This document shows positions 39,201-50,191 of a stretch of 64,000 nucleotides of DNA, piece by piece. How positions within the stretch are numbered: position 1 is the first letter of the stretch; each line of letters begins with the position of its first letter. The position numbers and the translations under genes were made by a program. The stretch covers positions 367,110 to 431,109 of the forward strand of contig NMRA01000305.1 of the NCBI GenBank assembly GCA_002633005.1. Direction: 5' to 3'. The stretch is from Phoronis australis. Lineage: Eukaryota > Animalia > Phoronida. The notes below the pieces were generated by a model. That model did no database searches. It was not told the origin of the DNA and saw nothing but the letters and a program-made list of their open reading frames with translations.

Positions 39201-42200
39201 CTTCTATTTCTGGCTACTGCTAATTAGTGTTCCGTGGTTTTTTTCTAGCATTCATTGGTTATGAGTGGTCGGTGTTCTATGGCTGGTAGCCTGTCACTCT
39301 GTGTCTGATATCAAGTGGTGGATAGATGTCCTGTATTTGCTCTAGCACCATTTGAAATCAGTGCACTTAATGACAATTGCCTTCATTGACCAGCGTATAC
39401 TGCAGTGTCCCATGGCCAAGACACCGGCTCAAGTCATCATGGAAGAAGAGCATTGTGAATTAGACAGTGAGACAATCAGAATTTTATTAAGAGCTGCGTG
39501 TTTTTTGTGTCCTATTCAAGGTGCAATGGCCGCATGTGTTTGACCATGCGTGCTCGCTTTGAACAGCCGACCCTAATTCCCCTGGCGCTTAATATCAGCA
39601 TATTTCTTCATTATGTTTAGTGGTTGTGTGTACTCAACAAACACACATCATTGATCGAGGGAGTCTTGGCTGTTCAACTCTCTTCACTACTTCCATTCAA
39701 CATGCCTCTTCTCTATACACGTTTTGTCCTTCTATAGAACTGAAGTTTTTATGGCTAACAGAACATTATTTGGCCGACCAGGTCCATTGATTGTGGTCCT
39801 TTACAAGGCTCAGTGGCGGATGTTGAATTAGCCTAGTTCTAGCTATGCTGTCAAGGGATTCAGTATTAGCTTGAAATGAAACACTATACCTGTTCCCAGT
39901 TAACAAAAGCGTGCTCAACTTACTTAGGTGTGCCTTTCAGGGAATATTGAACCAAGGTGAATAGTTGTAGGATACTCCTGGTGTATTCTTGTCACTGTTG
40001 AGTGACCCTGATCCATGTCATGAGACACCTTTTGGCCTGTGATTTTCGCTAATTTCAATGAAAAATTGGATTGAATAGAAAAAGGAGGCTCGCTCCTAGA
40101 TGTTAGCAAGCAATGTGACACCGCAATACACAACCAATTTAAATAAAATGGTTTAGCCGGTACTGATGTTCCATAGGTGAAGGCAGTGAAAACTTCAGGA
40201 CTTCGGGCAAAATTTCCCCAAGCAATTTCTATTGATAAGGTTCATGACGGTAATTCTTTGCTTATTTGCACCAAAATAATTGTCAGAACTGTTATTTTTT
40301 ATGTTTCAAAAGCTGATCACCTTGGTGACTGAAATTTACCTAAATGTGGTTTGACTGCAAACCAAGCTAATAATTATAGATTGAAAAATGTCTAAATCTT
40401 TATTTTCATTCAGAAATTTGTCAACGTAAAATTTCACTTGTCGGCAATGTTGTGTCCTAAATAGGTGATGATTCCAGTAGTTATGATTCAGCATGTAGGT
40501 TTCCGACCAATCCTTCTAGCTGTTTATCTATTCGTCATTTCTTTAATTGTTGCCATGTTATTGTAATCCCTTATCAACAAAGTAATATTGTTATCGCTTG
40601 GGCACACTATGGGCTGCTGAAACTCCCTATCACACCATTGTGTTGTCATCCCACTACTTTATCTACCAGTTCAGTTTACTGTTGACATTTCTGGTGTATC
40701 TCAAGAATGTTAAGGTCAACCTTGATAAGGACAGGTAGTCAAGATGTGGAAATACCCCAAGTTCTGATAAATGCCACTTATGAGAAATGCGATATAATCC
40801 GGGCACCAGGCTGACCTGTCTAATCTCTACTCTATACTCCGAACTCCACTCAAATACTGCTTTGAGTAAACTTACAAATACGTACTCTAATTAATCAGGC
40901 ACCGTGATTGGTCAACTTTCCAGTCTTCGTCTCATTCAAGTCTGACTTTAGGAGATCAGACCCTGGGAACAGGTCTTCCATGTTTTTACTTAACTGTAGC
41001 TTTTATAGTGAAATTCTTGAGTGATTTTATTTGAAAGGTCATTATTTTACAATTTCAGTTCTTGTTTTGAAAGATCTTGACACTGTGATATAGAGGCCAA
41101 CTTTTCCAAGCTTTATAGATATACAACTTGCAGTTACTCAAAAGTACATCCTACCAATTCACCTATCATTAAGATTTTGAGTGACAGCTTAACTGACCTA
41201 TCAGTACGCAGCATTCTTGACACACTTTAGTTTTCAAACGACGCTTTGTTGGGTAAAACTTACTATTTGTTTGTTGACCTTTCACATGGGGGTGGAGCTT
41301 GCGATAGGTCAATTCCCCGTTCTCATCGTCACGTCAGTATGCTAATGTCTGATAGACTCTCAAGTTGTTAACATCGGACTCGCACTAAGCTGAATACAAC
41401 CCCATACCCAAGCCACTCTGTGGCTAACACAAGGTCTTTGGGTAACTCGAAAACTGAAGTGGATTGGAGCAGCTCGGTCGTTAAATCGCTCAATCGGAAG
41501 TTGTTGTCGGTTCTTGAAGTTATGTCGCGAATCTACTATGTTGTCTGTAAAACGCATTACTAATGAACTGTTATGTTGGATTCTAACTGCACAAAAGACC
41601 AGTCCTTTAAAATTAAGTAGTCGTTGTCATCAACCATCCACACTTCTCTGAGGTTGTAGATACCACTGATTGTCTCTCTGACACTCCACACTGCAGATTG
41701 CATGTGTATTGTGTGTGGCCATACTTGGTTTGTGCCTGCTCAGCCCTGGTTTCACGCGGGGCATAGAGTCTATTTGTCTTCTAGCACCATGTGAAATCAG
41801 TTTTGATCGCGGCATTTTTCTGCAATTGCGACTAGTCTGCAGCTAGGTGACACCACTGTCAGAGGTTACTGGTCGTCATGTACTCTACGGGTGTGCGTTC
41901 CATTGAGGCGAAAATCTCAGAGAAACGCAAGAACTCGCGAGATATCGTCAAGTATTACACGTTAAGCATGTGATCACACCACCTTCCTTACCAAGATTAT
42001 TCCGCTTTCAAAACTCTACTGTTGTTGTACTACTGTCACGTGACTAAGAAACGTAACGTCGAAATGTAGTGTAGCAAGGTCAGCATTTAAGGAGTCCTCT
42101 AATGTCATTTCTTCTGTTTTCAGAAACGACAACTTGAAAAAGAGGCTAAGCAAGCAAAACAGGAAGAACTACTGAAGATATGTCAGGAGTCTATAGGTAG

Positions 42201-45200
42201 GTGTCACTGACGGGGTCTTGCAGTGGCTGTGTGATTGCGTGTGTAGAACGGTTGGTTGGAATTTGAAGATTCTGCAGTTGCTTGACTTCAGCAAGGCTAT
42301 GTAGTGTTTCGTGTTGCTTGGCTTCTTGGCTTCAATAAGGCTATGCAGTGCTACTAGTATTGGTGGACACGGCGTACGAGAGAATCTCACTAATTTAGGA
42401 CATATGGTGGATAGATGAAATTTCATCTCTCATTTTTTCTGCATAAGACAGATGGCTCGAAATGAATGCTTTACCAGTTTCAAGTTTTAGTTCATAGCTT
42501 GGCATCGGGTAAGATTTTGGGTAATGGTCTGATGTAAGGTGGCCGAATTTTGAGAACCAGTTTTCTGCACTATATAATGGGCATCAAACTAGTTCTCAAA
42601 ATACAGGCACGTTATATCAGACTATTTTTAGTAGTTATGGCAATTCATAGGAAAGTTAAAAACCTTTAGAAAATGAACTGCGATCAATTTTCACAGTTCT
42701 TGTCTGAAATTGATGAGATTTTACCGTAGTCTGAACCTTGGAATAGGGGCAGTAGAGCCCAGTGTGTTGCACTGCTCACTCTCCCCTGTGAGGCCCAAGT
42801 TCAAACCCTGTCTTTAGCAATGTATAAGCGCTGTTGACCTTTGCTCATGTAGCGCTCGAATTTACTTGATTGTGTGAAAAGTAGTGAATGCAGGCAGAAC
42901 CTTGATTGTAAGCTGTACGAGTGTTCTCCTCACTCAAAAGTTCAAACAGGTTGTGTTTACAACCTCAATGGAAATTAAGACAGTGCGTAGTATGTGCTTA
43001 TCTTAACAAACACACAAAAGTGATACTTTTTTGTTCAAAATGAAAAAGTCAATTGCGTCGCGTGGTACTTAAACAGGTCAGAGGCAAAACCCAACAGGTC
43101 GTGGCGACCTGTTAAAACAAGTCATGATGAACGCTGAGTATTGAACTTTATCAGGCATACCTAGTTCAAAAATCTTCAGGGACATGACCAGGCTATGTCG
43201 GCCCACACTGGTGGATTTAAAGTTGTGATGAACTGTTGTGATGGTGTGATGGCTATTCATTATTATAAACTTTTGCGACATTATTTACTACAATTGCGTA
43301 GAACATTATTTGGAAGGATCACCTTGTGATGTACATTCTGTGTCTTCCATTTAGACCGCGACCGGAAGCGTCGAGAAGAACGTTTGGAGCGAGAACGCAA
43401 ACGGCAATTGTCGGCCATTGAGAAGACCTCCAGTCCTGGCCTCAGTCTGGATTCGAGTTCGCCTCTTGACAGACAATCCATCCTGCGCAAATCAGCAGGT
43501 CTCCTTCTGGGCATGTCAAGACCCATGACAACCAATCAAGAGGAACCGGTGAGTCACGTGACTTTTACTCTGTGAGGACACAAAGCAATGGAAACTTTGT
43601 TGTATCGAATGTTTGTTTGGTTAAGTGTACACAATTGTATTTTAAAAATAGTAATTTCTTGATGGCAACCACTCCAATTTTCTCATAGCCTGCTCAAGTA
43701 ATGGAAATTGTGGTGCCCCAAAAATTGGTCAAGATTTATGGTAAAATAAACTAATTATGTTATTCATAGGAAGAGGACCAAGAATCCTTGGAACTAACAG
43801 ACGAACAGCTGTCTGCGTTACCATGGCACCATGCCCAGCTATACCGGCTGTATGGCTCAGCAGGGGCCGACAACTTTATTCACCCCAAAATTGAACAGAA
43901 ACCGAAGAAACCTGTACCACAGAAAATGAGGCGACAAGGAGGTAGGTAGTGCAACAAGATGTGGAGCGAGGAACTTGGTGGACAGTAAGGGGTCAGACAG
44001 AGGGGCATGAAGGAGGAAGGGATTTGATGGACAAGGTTGAGATCAGAGGGAGGGATTTGACGGAAGTGGGAGGGTCAAAGGGAGGGAAGGGTCAGAAGGA
44101 GGGATTAATTGGATGAGGAAGGAGTCAGAGGTGGACCTTGTTAGAAGCAAGAATGATGCAAGACAGGGACTCGTGAGGGAGAGGTCCCTTATGAATGGCC
44201 TTTATGGATAGATTATGTACAGGAAGTGTAGGGGAGGGGTAAGGGAGGGAACTTGGTGAATGTGGGAGGAGTTGAGATGTGAATGGAGGTGGTGCCCAGC
44301 GAATGATTTTGATAGGAGGGTTTTAGTGACGTGAGGGAGGGGTTGTGGGGAATGACTCAATGTAGTTGTCACAGATATAAACCTTATGGCTGGTAGAGTA
44401 TTCAGAAGCACTGTTGTTTAATTGGAAGCTGCTAGGCTCAGGGAGGTTGTAGGAATTTATCCGATTAACTTTCTGCAGAATTCATTTGCTTGAGATCTTT
44501 CTGCTGTGTGTGCTATTGGTTGTGTAAATCAATATGAGATTAAGGGAGGCACTGGTGCTGGTGAAGTAAGATTACTGTAGGAAGTCTAATCAGGTCCTAA
44601 TGAAGACGACTAAATCCTACGGCTCAGCAATGATGACTTGGAAATTTGGGCACTGAACGAGTTGAATTGCCAACTATGCAATGTGTATTGAACTATTGTC
44701 CATTAGCACACTTATCGAAAGGTTATTAAAACCCTATTTGTGTATTACAATCAATTCGTCGATTGTTTTATGACAATAGAATATGACAATAGAATGCTCG
44801 CTTTAATGTAGTTATTACTACGATCCATTTATGCCAGTACTATCGCGCTGTCAGCGGGGGCTTGATTTACTTTGATGCCTGTTGAAGGCCATTGAGCCAT
44901 GGATAGTATTGATGACTTTAACCAGGCAAGCTCTCCTTCCCACTGTTAGGCCTTTGAGAGGTCAATACCAACCTCTTTCAACAGCTATGCCATGTTATTG
45001 AGCCAGTTAAGGCGGGAACTTGGCAAACAATTGGTGCTGATCAATTATTCAGCATGTCAACACTGCAAATATGCTCCGTGTCAATAGCTGGTGTGGAATC
45101 TATTGTGGCTGGGGATTGGAGTGTTTGATTGATCTGGGCCACCTGCTGGTGTATGTTAGCAGGGGGCCCCCTCGTTTGATGATTGTGGAATGTTGGGGCC

Positions 45201-48200
45201 AGCGTTAATTAAGATTTTGTTGGTGTTGTGTAACGTAACATAACACATCACGCTTGGTGAATACTTTTGATAAAAGTACATATTTGTTAACAAGGAATCA
45301 TAACGTTATACATGTGTAAAGCAATGCCAGTTTTCAGTAACTCTCAGCGTAAGTCAAGTTTTTGCTTTTAAGTATCATTCAGTTTTGGATTGGCCTCTCC
45401 TCCGGTCATCCTGGCAGACTGTTATCTGGTTTGCTGGATGTTAATTATTTGGTCAAATCTCGAGGCCAGAAAAATGCACTGCCTATTTCAGTGACCCACC
45501 GTGCTGATTTCTGGTAATAATGAATTCATGCAGTTTCTGTGTATTTTCCCCTAGATGTCGCCAGTGCAGTTGTTCCCATTGGTGAGCAAAGACAAATAGC
45601 TCGTGTATTCACACAAATGTTGTATATTGTGTTCCCCCTAGGTCGCGCTGGTGCAGACGCTCTGTGGTCAACTCTGCGTGAGGACTCTGTTCGCAAGCTG
45701 CTGCAGGTTGACCGACACATCCCAACTGAGCTTAAACAAGCATATGGCGCCTTTGTACGTCAGCTTCTCAGAAAGAAAATAAAACCAGTCAAGAGGAATT
45801 TCTTCGCTACAGAAGATGTGAGTGAAACGATTATGTATTTACTTAGATTAAGATGCTCTCAGTAATATTTCAGAGTGTAACTGTAAAAGCCATTTGCAGG
45901 GGTAATTAGTCTTGGGCAAACTTTTACAATTTCAAAATGCAATTCCTGAAAAGTATGCAGTCCATGGTATTGATTTGAGAATGTTCATGCTGTTCTCAAA
46001 AGAGGGCGCTGTGTGTTGCTTGAGTAGCATTCAAGACACCAGTATTACGGTATATCTTATTTTATTTTGCACACAAATAATTGCCAAAATGGCCGTTCTT
46101 CAGTGGCTGATTACCTTGCAAACGGTGGGGTATTGTTTTCTGATGTCTACGCCCTGCAAGTCAGGCTTGTTGTAGACTAAAAATGTGTTTACTATTCACT
46201 TTAGTGGAGATTTTAACAAACCAAAATTTCACTCGTCGGCCATTTTGTGTGCTAAATAAGAGAAGAATAACAGTAGTTGGGAGTTTTGCCTGTATGACGA
46301 AACAATTTATTGGTTTCTAAAACAATGTCTGAGTAATTAGATCAACATCAAGTATTTGTGAGTCGTAACCTTAGCAGTGAAGAGGCGTGCGGTTGTGTCG
46401 CATACATTGCCTGGCTTCCTTTTACCAGGGCAGCCTATTTGCCACTCAGAAAAGCTGGTTGGGAAATTCAGAAATGGTGTTGTTGACCTTTCCTGTCTGT
46501 TGGTTGTGTATATAGCTCATGTATTGTATTCACTTGTAAATAGTGACTGTTCTCTTTTGTCTGCTTGACAGTGGTTGTTATTACAGGATTCATTCAATTG
46601 TTCTATTGTAACAACTGTGCAGTGTGGTGTGTATCACTGGTCGTCTCAATTGAACACAAGAGACATGTCTTTGTTACATAGAACATAGTGTGTCCTGCCC
46701 CCTTCATTTTAGTCTTAAATTTGTAAAGCAACTTTTAACACAAACCATTGTTTGTAAGTAGTTACAGCTTAATATCAAGCCGGGCTCTGTCTACAAGTGG
46801 TTTGTTTTGTTCAAACTTAACAGTTTTAATAACATCATGCAATCTGTAAATGTTTATTTGAATCACTAGTTGTGCATCAGCAAGATGTCATACAAACTTT
46901 GCATTTTATCCACTTTAAATATCTATTCTATAAATACAAACTCACAGAGTTATGTTTTGCTTGGCAACATTTATTTTTGTGCTCAGGAGTAGCATACACA
47001 AATGAACGAGCACTTTTTAAATTGGTGACCAGTCATTTCACAAACATCCCTGCCTTCTCTCTATGTGTGGCCATTATCACATTCCTAGTTCATGTTTCAT
47101 CAGAGTCTCCTTCTGTCATTTGGACTCTTGTTTGTTGTACAAACATTACCTTAGCTCCAGGTAAACACTCTAACATGTCTCTCCTTTGTTCATCTATTGT
47201 CCTGCCACATCAGGCTTGGTCAATATTGGTCTTGGTTTAAATGTTATCTCAAATGTGTGTCCTGTGAAACTGTAATGACATGGTATACTTAGCTGGATTG
47301 TGATTGTTGGCTATTCAACAGCACTTTTACCCAAGCAAGCTTGAGGATTTTAAATGCCTGATCACATAATCTAGAGCTTGTTTGGACCTAATTGCCCTCC
47401 ATTCATGTCATTGCAATGGAAGTAACGTTACCCTCATCCAGGATTGAACTCTCCTCTGTAGAAGTGGAGTTAGAAAAAAGGTATTGCTGACCTAAATTTC
47501 AAAGTGGTAGTCACTCCCTAGATGATTAACAAGGGTAGCACACGCAGCACTGATATTTACCTTTTTTACCAATCTCTTGGTGTCAGTGTTGCAATTGGAG
47601 ATGAAATAAAAGTAGTGCATGTATTGCAATGATGAATTTAATGATAATTAGGATATGAGATATTGAAGAAGCAGGACGTGTTGCATTGTGGGTAAATAAA
47701 TACCTTAGAATGAGACGGGTGCTGTTTCGGGACACGCCTGTTAACATTTGCTCTTGTTGCTAGGTGCCCGAGATGGAGCGTCTCCTTGACAACTCCACCC
47801 TACTCAACATAGCCGAGTATCGTCACAAGGTGGGCATGATGCACCACTCGGCCGTTGGCAATGAGGACCGTGGCAACGTGATCATGCACAATAATCCCCC
47901 GCCCGACTTTAACAACTATGAAGGTCACGAGGGTATCAACCGCTATCTCCCCTCCTGGATCCATGACACGTGGGTGAGTTGAGCAACATATTCAGATCTT
48001 TGATTAAGGGACATTGTTGGTGTTGCTGATAATGGCTCTTATTCTGAAAACGCTACAATTTCTGAAGTCTGCCTTTGGTAGCCATCAAAGTTCTGGTTTT
48101 CGTGTCCTAGTTTTTGTGTTCTACTTGCCAAAACCCCATGCATTTTACACGTCATCTGTTTTGTGAGCGATTCTTGTGTTATACACGCAGCTTGTTCTAC

Positions 48201-49419
48201 TCACAGGAACTCGAGTCGCTGCCAGAATATAAGAAGTGGCTCCACAAGATTGGCTCAACAGAGGGCGACACTCAAAGCTACTTGGACGACGTGCCGTCGG
48301 AAGCGCCTCTGCCTCTCCCGGAGATTCCTGAAGTTGATGAGACTGAGCTGGTTGATCACATGACCAAGAGTCTGATGTTGAGCGATGACAAAAGACTGCA
48401 CATGACTGACAACACAAACACCAACAATAACGTGGAGAACCAATGGGATTTCATGTTGGCTCGGCAGAACCCCAAACCATCGTTGAAGAAACCAAAGTAC
48501 CAGTTTCTGACTGAGAAGGACGCCACTGTTCCTGGTCAGTTTTCGACGAGATACAGCGAGATGCGCGAGAACAGAGACATCCCCAAGCCTGCCAGTCCTT
48601 CCCACCTCCAGGGGACAAGGTCAGCCATGGCTGTAGTGGGAGGGTCAGGCAGCGCATTGTCCAGTCGAAGGGACAGTTGTCTTGGTGAGTGACCGTGTGC
48701 CTTGGCAATACTACAACTACAGAGTGTTCTGTTTGAACTGAAGTTGGGTAATGGTCTGATATAACATGCACGAATTTTGAGAACCAGTTTTCTCCACTGA
48801 AGTTTGGGCATCAACTGGTTCTCAAAATACAGGCACGTTATATCAGACTATTGCCCTGAAGTTGAGTGGGTTAGGGAACTTCGACACATTTTCCCTGTGT
48901 AACTGATATTCACTTGTAGTGGAAGCCAAGACATGAAAACATTCTCCAGACACCCTTGATTTTTTTGCTGTTCAATAGTTACATATTGTTGAAAGGTTTC
49001 AGTGTATGAAAGTTTTTAATGAATTGGAAATGCATATTGAGTAGACTATTGCAAGTGAGTACTACAGTGTTGATCCCTGGCCACCAAATGTGCAGAGAGA
49101 CTGGTCATTCTGATATGTTTCACTTGGTGATAATTATTGTCAATGTTTAAGTGTAGATATAAACATTTTCTCATGCAAGATTGGCATTGCTGTTGCAGAC
49201 TCCATGTTATCTCAAGATCGTCGATCGCTGCGTCACTCTGCGCCCTCTGGTGGGTACCAGCAGGAGTTCTGTCGTCGCTACACGGATAGCTGGGAGCCTC
49301 TTAGTATGAGAGCATTAGTCGAGTACAAGACACACATGAAAACTCTTGGAGAGGGAGACTTCAAATACGGCACGCCCTCACTGTGGTCTCACAAGTCTGT
49401 GGGTGTTGGATTGCTTTAA
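11696..49419 (+). CDS. TSGA13: TSGA13-like domain protein with N-terminal KSILK repeats and coiled coil, ~746 aa; join(11696..12247,34179..34343,42124..42196,43355..43548,43770..43941,45642..45817,47764..47973,48207..48684,49199..49419)
   Basis: All introns are GT-AG and phases are compatible (2241 nt, 747 codons with stop). An in-frame TAA lies just upstream of the ATG. Motifs IMHNNPPP, YQFLTEKDATVPGQFSTRY and WEPLSMRALVEY..GEGDFKYG resemble recalled vertebrate TSGA13 motifs (IMTNNPPP, FRFSTDNDFKSEGKYS, EPLTLASLLE..PGESAFRNG). Extra exons in the 22-kb intron or the N gap cannot be excluded. Confidence 0.72.
12274..12532. mobile_element. non-autonomous DNA element (hAT-like) just after coding exon 1
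   Basis: Imperfect TIR CATGCACGTACCC/GGGTGTGCGGATG, G-run near the left end, C-runs near the right end, repeated GGACCTTTT. Confidence 0.45.
14044..14057. promoter_or_regulatory. RFX X-box
   Basis: GTAACCATGGAAAC matches GTNNCCATGGNAAC. Confidence 0.55.
16094..16107. promoter_or_regulatory. RFX X-box-like motif overlapping a candidate microexon
   Basis: GTTTCCATGGCGAT. Confidence 0.4.
16529..17041. mobile_element. PIF/Harbinger-type MITE (copy 1)
   Basis: TIR AGGGCCTTTCAT...ATGAAAGGGCCT, TSD TAA/TAA; homologous to 29892-30493 in inverted orientation. Confidence 0.85.
17132..17285 (+). repeat. 70-bp tandem repeat, ~2.2 copies
   Basis: TATTTCTGTTACTGATTAG...GCAGTG(C/T)TGTG. Confidence 0.85.
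18939..19130 (+). mobile_element. tRNA-derived SINE
   Basis: A-box TGGCCTAGTGG (18949), B-box GGTTCGAGTC (18994), then CCCTTGAGTAAGG and GTAAAAATGGGTA, typical of SINE central regions; 3' end approximate. Confidence 0.65.
23364..23481 (+). repeat. 23-bp minisatellite, ~5 copies
   Basis: CACAACCTACCGTCACAAATTGT. Confidence 0.9.
23558..23979. mobile_element. Harbinger-like MITE
   Basis: Imperfect TIR AGTGCCGTTTACAC...GTCTAAATGGGACT, flanked by TAT/TAT, with subterminal TGACA(C/T)GG repeats. Confidence 0.55.
26133..26146. promoter_or_regulatory. RFX X-box
   Basis: GTTGCCATGGTGAC, near-perfect consensus. Confidence 0.55.
26181..26249 (+). repeat. 16-bp tandem repeat, ~4 copies
   Basis: AAACGCAAGATCACGC. 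Confidence 0.9.
27025..27172. mobile_element. short MITE-like repeat; related copy at ~25169-25290
   Basis: CAGTCTCTAA...TTAGAGACTG inverted ends; shares GTCTCTAAAATTT..AAATTC.AGCCAAAATTG..ATTCTGAAG with the 25169 region. Confidence 0.5.
27670..28920 (-). mobile_element. decayed Penelope-like element (linker plus GIY-YIG relic)
   Basis: Frameshifted pieces KEHRHLI..IVQHRTSKKQLSKIL-RAKL, CKLYIANT and RE-SDFIAK in the expected order. Confidence 0.35.
28336..28533. repeat. 22-bp perfect inverted repeat flanked by ~45-bp degenerate direct repeats
   Basis: CACGCCACCTGTTGGCCACATC (28404-28425) pairs with 28452-28473; flanks repeat TTGATTACCT..GAAACTTT.CCAAATG. Confidence 0.75.
29892..30493. mobile_element. 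PIF/Harbinger-type MITE (copy 2, inverted) with nested insertion
   Basis: TIR AGGCCCTTTTAT...ATGAAAGGCCCT, TSD TCA/TTA. Confidence 0.85.
30113..30309 (+). mobile_element. nested HINE/DINE-1-like (Helentron-associated) element
   Basis: Absent from the other MITE copy; 12-bp hairpin TACTTGGCGGAA/TTCCGCCAAGTA, GTTT tract, 17-bp inverted repeat at 30263-30306, T-rich insertion site. Confidence 0.55.
30643..34051 (+). repeat. ~1.7-kb tandem duplication (30643-32338 and 32340-34051) joined by a single N
   Basis: Near-identical copies with scattered SNPs and a ~20-bp indel; identical ORF calls at 31478 and 33195. Confidence 0.95.
34179..34343 (+). CDS. TSGA13-like gene exon (AHERTYSHW...EVAEQR), coiled coil
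   Basis: ctttttag acceptor, AGG|gtgagt donor, 55 codons, E/K/R/Q-rich helical sequence. Confidence 0.8.
34520..35294. other. assembly gap (N run)
   Basis: Continuous Ns. Confidence 0.99.
35295..35438. mobile_element. right end of hAT-like MITE (left end in N gap)
   Basis: Ends CATTCCAAGCCCTG; similar to the reverse complement of 53050-53190. Confidence 0.8.
36030..36222 (+). repeat. ~39-bp minisatellite, 5 copies
   Basis: ATGCTGTCCCAGCACT core repeated. Confidence 0.9.
42124..42196 (+). CDS. TSGA13-like gene exon (KRQLEKEAKQAKQEELLKICQESI)
   Basis: Pyrimidine tract plus cag acceptor, G|gtaggt donor, phase 0 to 1. Confidence 0.8.
42520..42626. mobile_element. second, more degenerate copy of the 48747 palindromic MITE
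   Basis: Shares GGTAATGGTCTGAT, GAATTTTGAGAACCAGTTTTCT and TTCTCAAAATACAGGCACGTTATATCAGACTATT. Confidence 0.8.
42746..42940 (+). mobile_element. degenerate tRNA-derived SINE
   Basis: GGGGCAGTAGAGCCCAGTG head and AGTTCAAACCC B-box-like motif; boundaries approximate. Confidence 0.35.
43355..43548 (+). CDS. TSGA13-like gene exon (DRDRKRREERLERE...NQEEP)
   Basis: tttag acceptor, CCG|gtgagt donor, phase 1 to 0. Confidence 0.85.
43770..43941 (+). CDS. TSGA13-like gene exon (EEDQESLELTDEQLSALPWHHAQLYRLYG...RRQG)
   Basis: catag acceptor, G|gtaggt donor, open frame, phase 0 to 1. Confidence 0.85.
45555..45581 (+). CDS. candidate 27-nt in-frame cassette microexon (DVASAVVPI)
   Basis: ttttcccctag acceptor and G|gtgagc donor, phase 1 to 1, 60 nt upstream of the next acceptor. 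Confidence 0.45.
45642..45817 (+). CDS. TSGA13-like gene exon (GRAGADALWSTLRE...FFATED)
   Basis: ccccctag acceptor, GAT|gtgagt donor, phase 1 to 0. Confidence 0.85.
47764..47973 (+). CDS. TSGA13-like gene exon (VPEMERLL...IMHNNPPP...HDTW)
   Basis: gctag acceptor, TGG|gtgagt donor, 70 codons. Confidence 0.88.
48207..48684 (+). CDS. TSGA13-like gene exon (ELESLPEYKKW...RRDSCL)
   Basis: cacag acceptor, G|gtgagt donor, phase 0 to 1. Confidence 0.88.
48747..48855. mobile_element. palindromic MITE with 9-bp TSD (Merlin- or MULE-like)
   Basis: GGTAATGGTCTGATATAAC...GTTATATCAGACTATTGCC, TSD CTGAAGTTG on both sides. Confidence 0.8.
49199..49419 (+). CDS. TSGA13-like gene last coding exon (DSMLSQ...WEPLSMRALVEY...GVGLL*)
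   Basis: tgcag acceptor, TAA stop at 49417-49419, TSGA13-type C-terminal motif. Confidence 0.88.
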
Positions 49420-50042
49420 CTTCACTTGTCTCGCTTTTTTATGTCCACTAGTTTTTTTGTTTTAGATATATACACGACCTTGCTTTTGTTTAAAAGTAAC
49501 ATTCCAAACTGAAATTTGTGTTTTGTTGTATATTTATTGTAGACTGGTGTTTGCTACATCGATTTTTCTACACTTCATGCCAATTTGGAAACAGTTTTGG
49601 AGAAATGTAGCAGTGAAGCACTTTACTCGTCCTGTTGTATTTTTTATTATTAATCTAATTTTATGTGTGTATCTGTTATTTTTAATAGGCGAATCTGTGA
49701 TATTTTTTGTTCATTGTCATTCCGTAAGATTAAAGAATCAGTCATAGACAATATAAAATACTTTTATCTCTTAGCATATTCACGTAAAATTCCATTTGTG
49801 ATTCGTCACAGTAATTATTCCTCTTCTTTCAAATGGTGCATTGCATCTTGGGAAGTCATGTGACTCTCCTGTGATGTTGTTATTGTCCTGTGGTGCAGAC
49901 ATTCAACACATGTCGTTACAGTTGTAAAGCAGACGGGTGATAGAGGGCGCTGTGTTGCCTGGTTTGATGGTGTGGCCCAATGTCGTTTCTTGACCCTGTC
50001 TCTTGAATGTAACTGATGAACATGTTATTGACACTGATATAG

Positions 50043-50056
50043 GGTGCTATAGCAAC
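50043..50056. promoter_or_regulatory. RFX X-box-like motif in the 3' UTR region
   Basis: GGTGCTATAGCAAC (reverse GTTGCTATAGCACC). Confidence 0.35.
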
Positions 50057-50185
50057 CGCTGTACTGTCTTCATGTAAATAGATTTTAATGTCTAATGCTC
50101 TTGCCGTAAAATTGATTTTTGTGGGCATAACATCTATGGTCTATCAAACCAAGTTTCATTAGAAACATTTGAAACAAATATTGAA

Positions 50186-50191
50186 AATAAA
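50186..50191 (+). terminator. candidate poly(A) signal of the + gene
   Basis: AATAAA about 770 nt after the stop, following a U-rich 3' UTR. Confidence 0.35.

Noticed and set aside
43960-44360. Purine-rich GA/GG tract (similar tract at 34350-34519)
   Set aside because: Low-complexity intronic sequence with no stable unit or credible ORF.
48145-48814. Several - strand ORFs of 90-116 aa
   Set aside because: They are antisense shadows of the real + strand exon 48207-48684.
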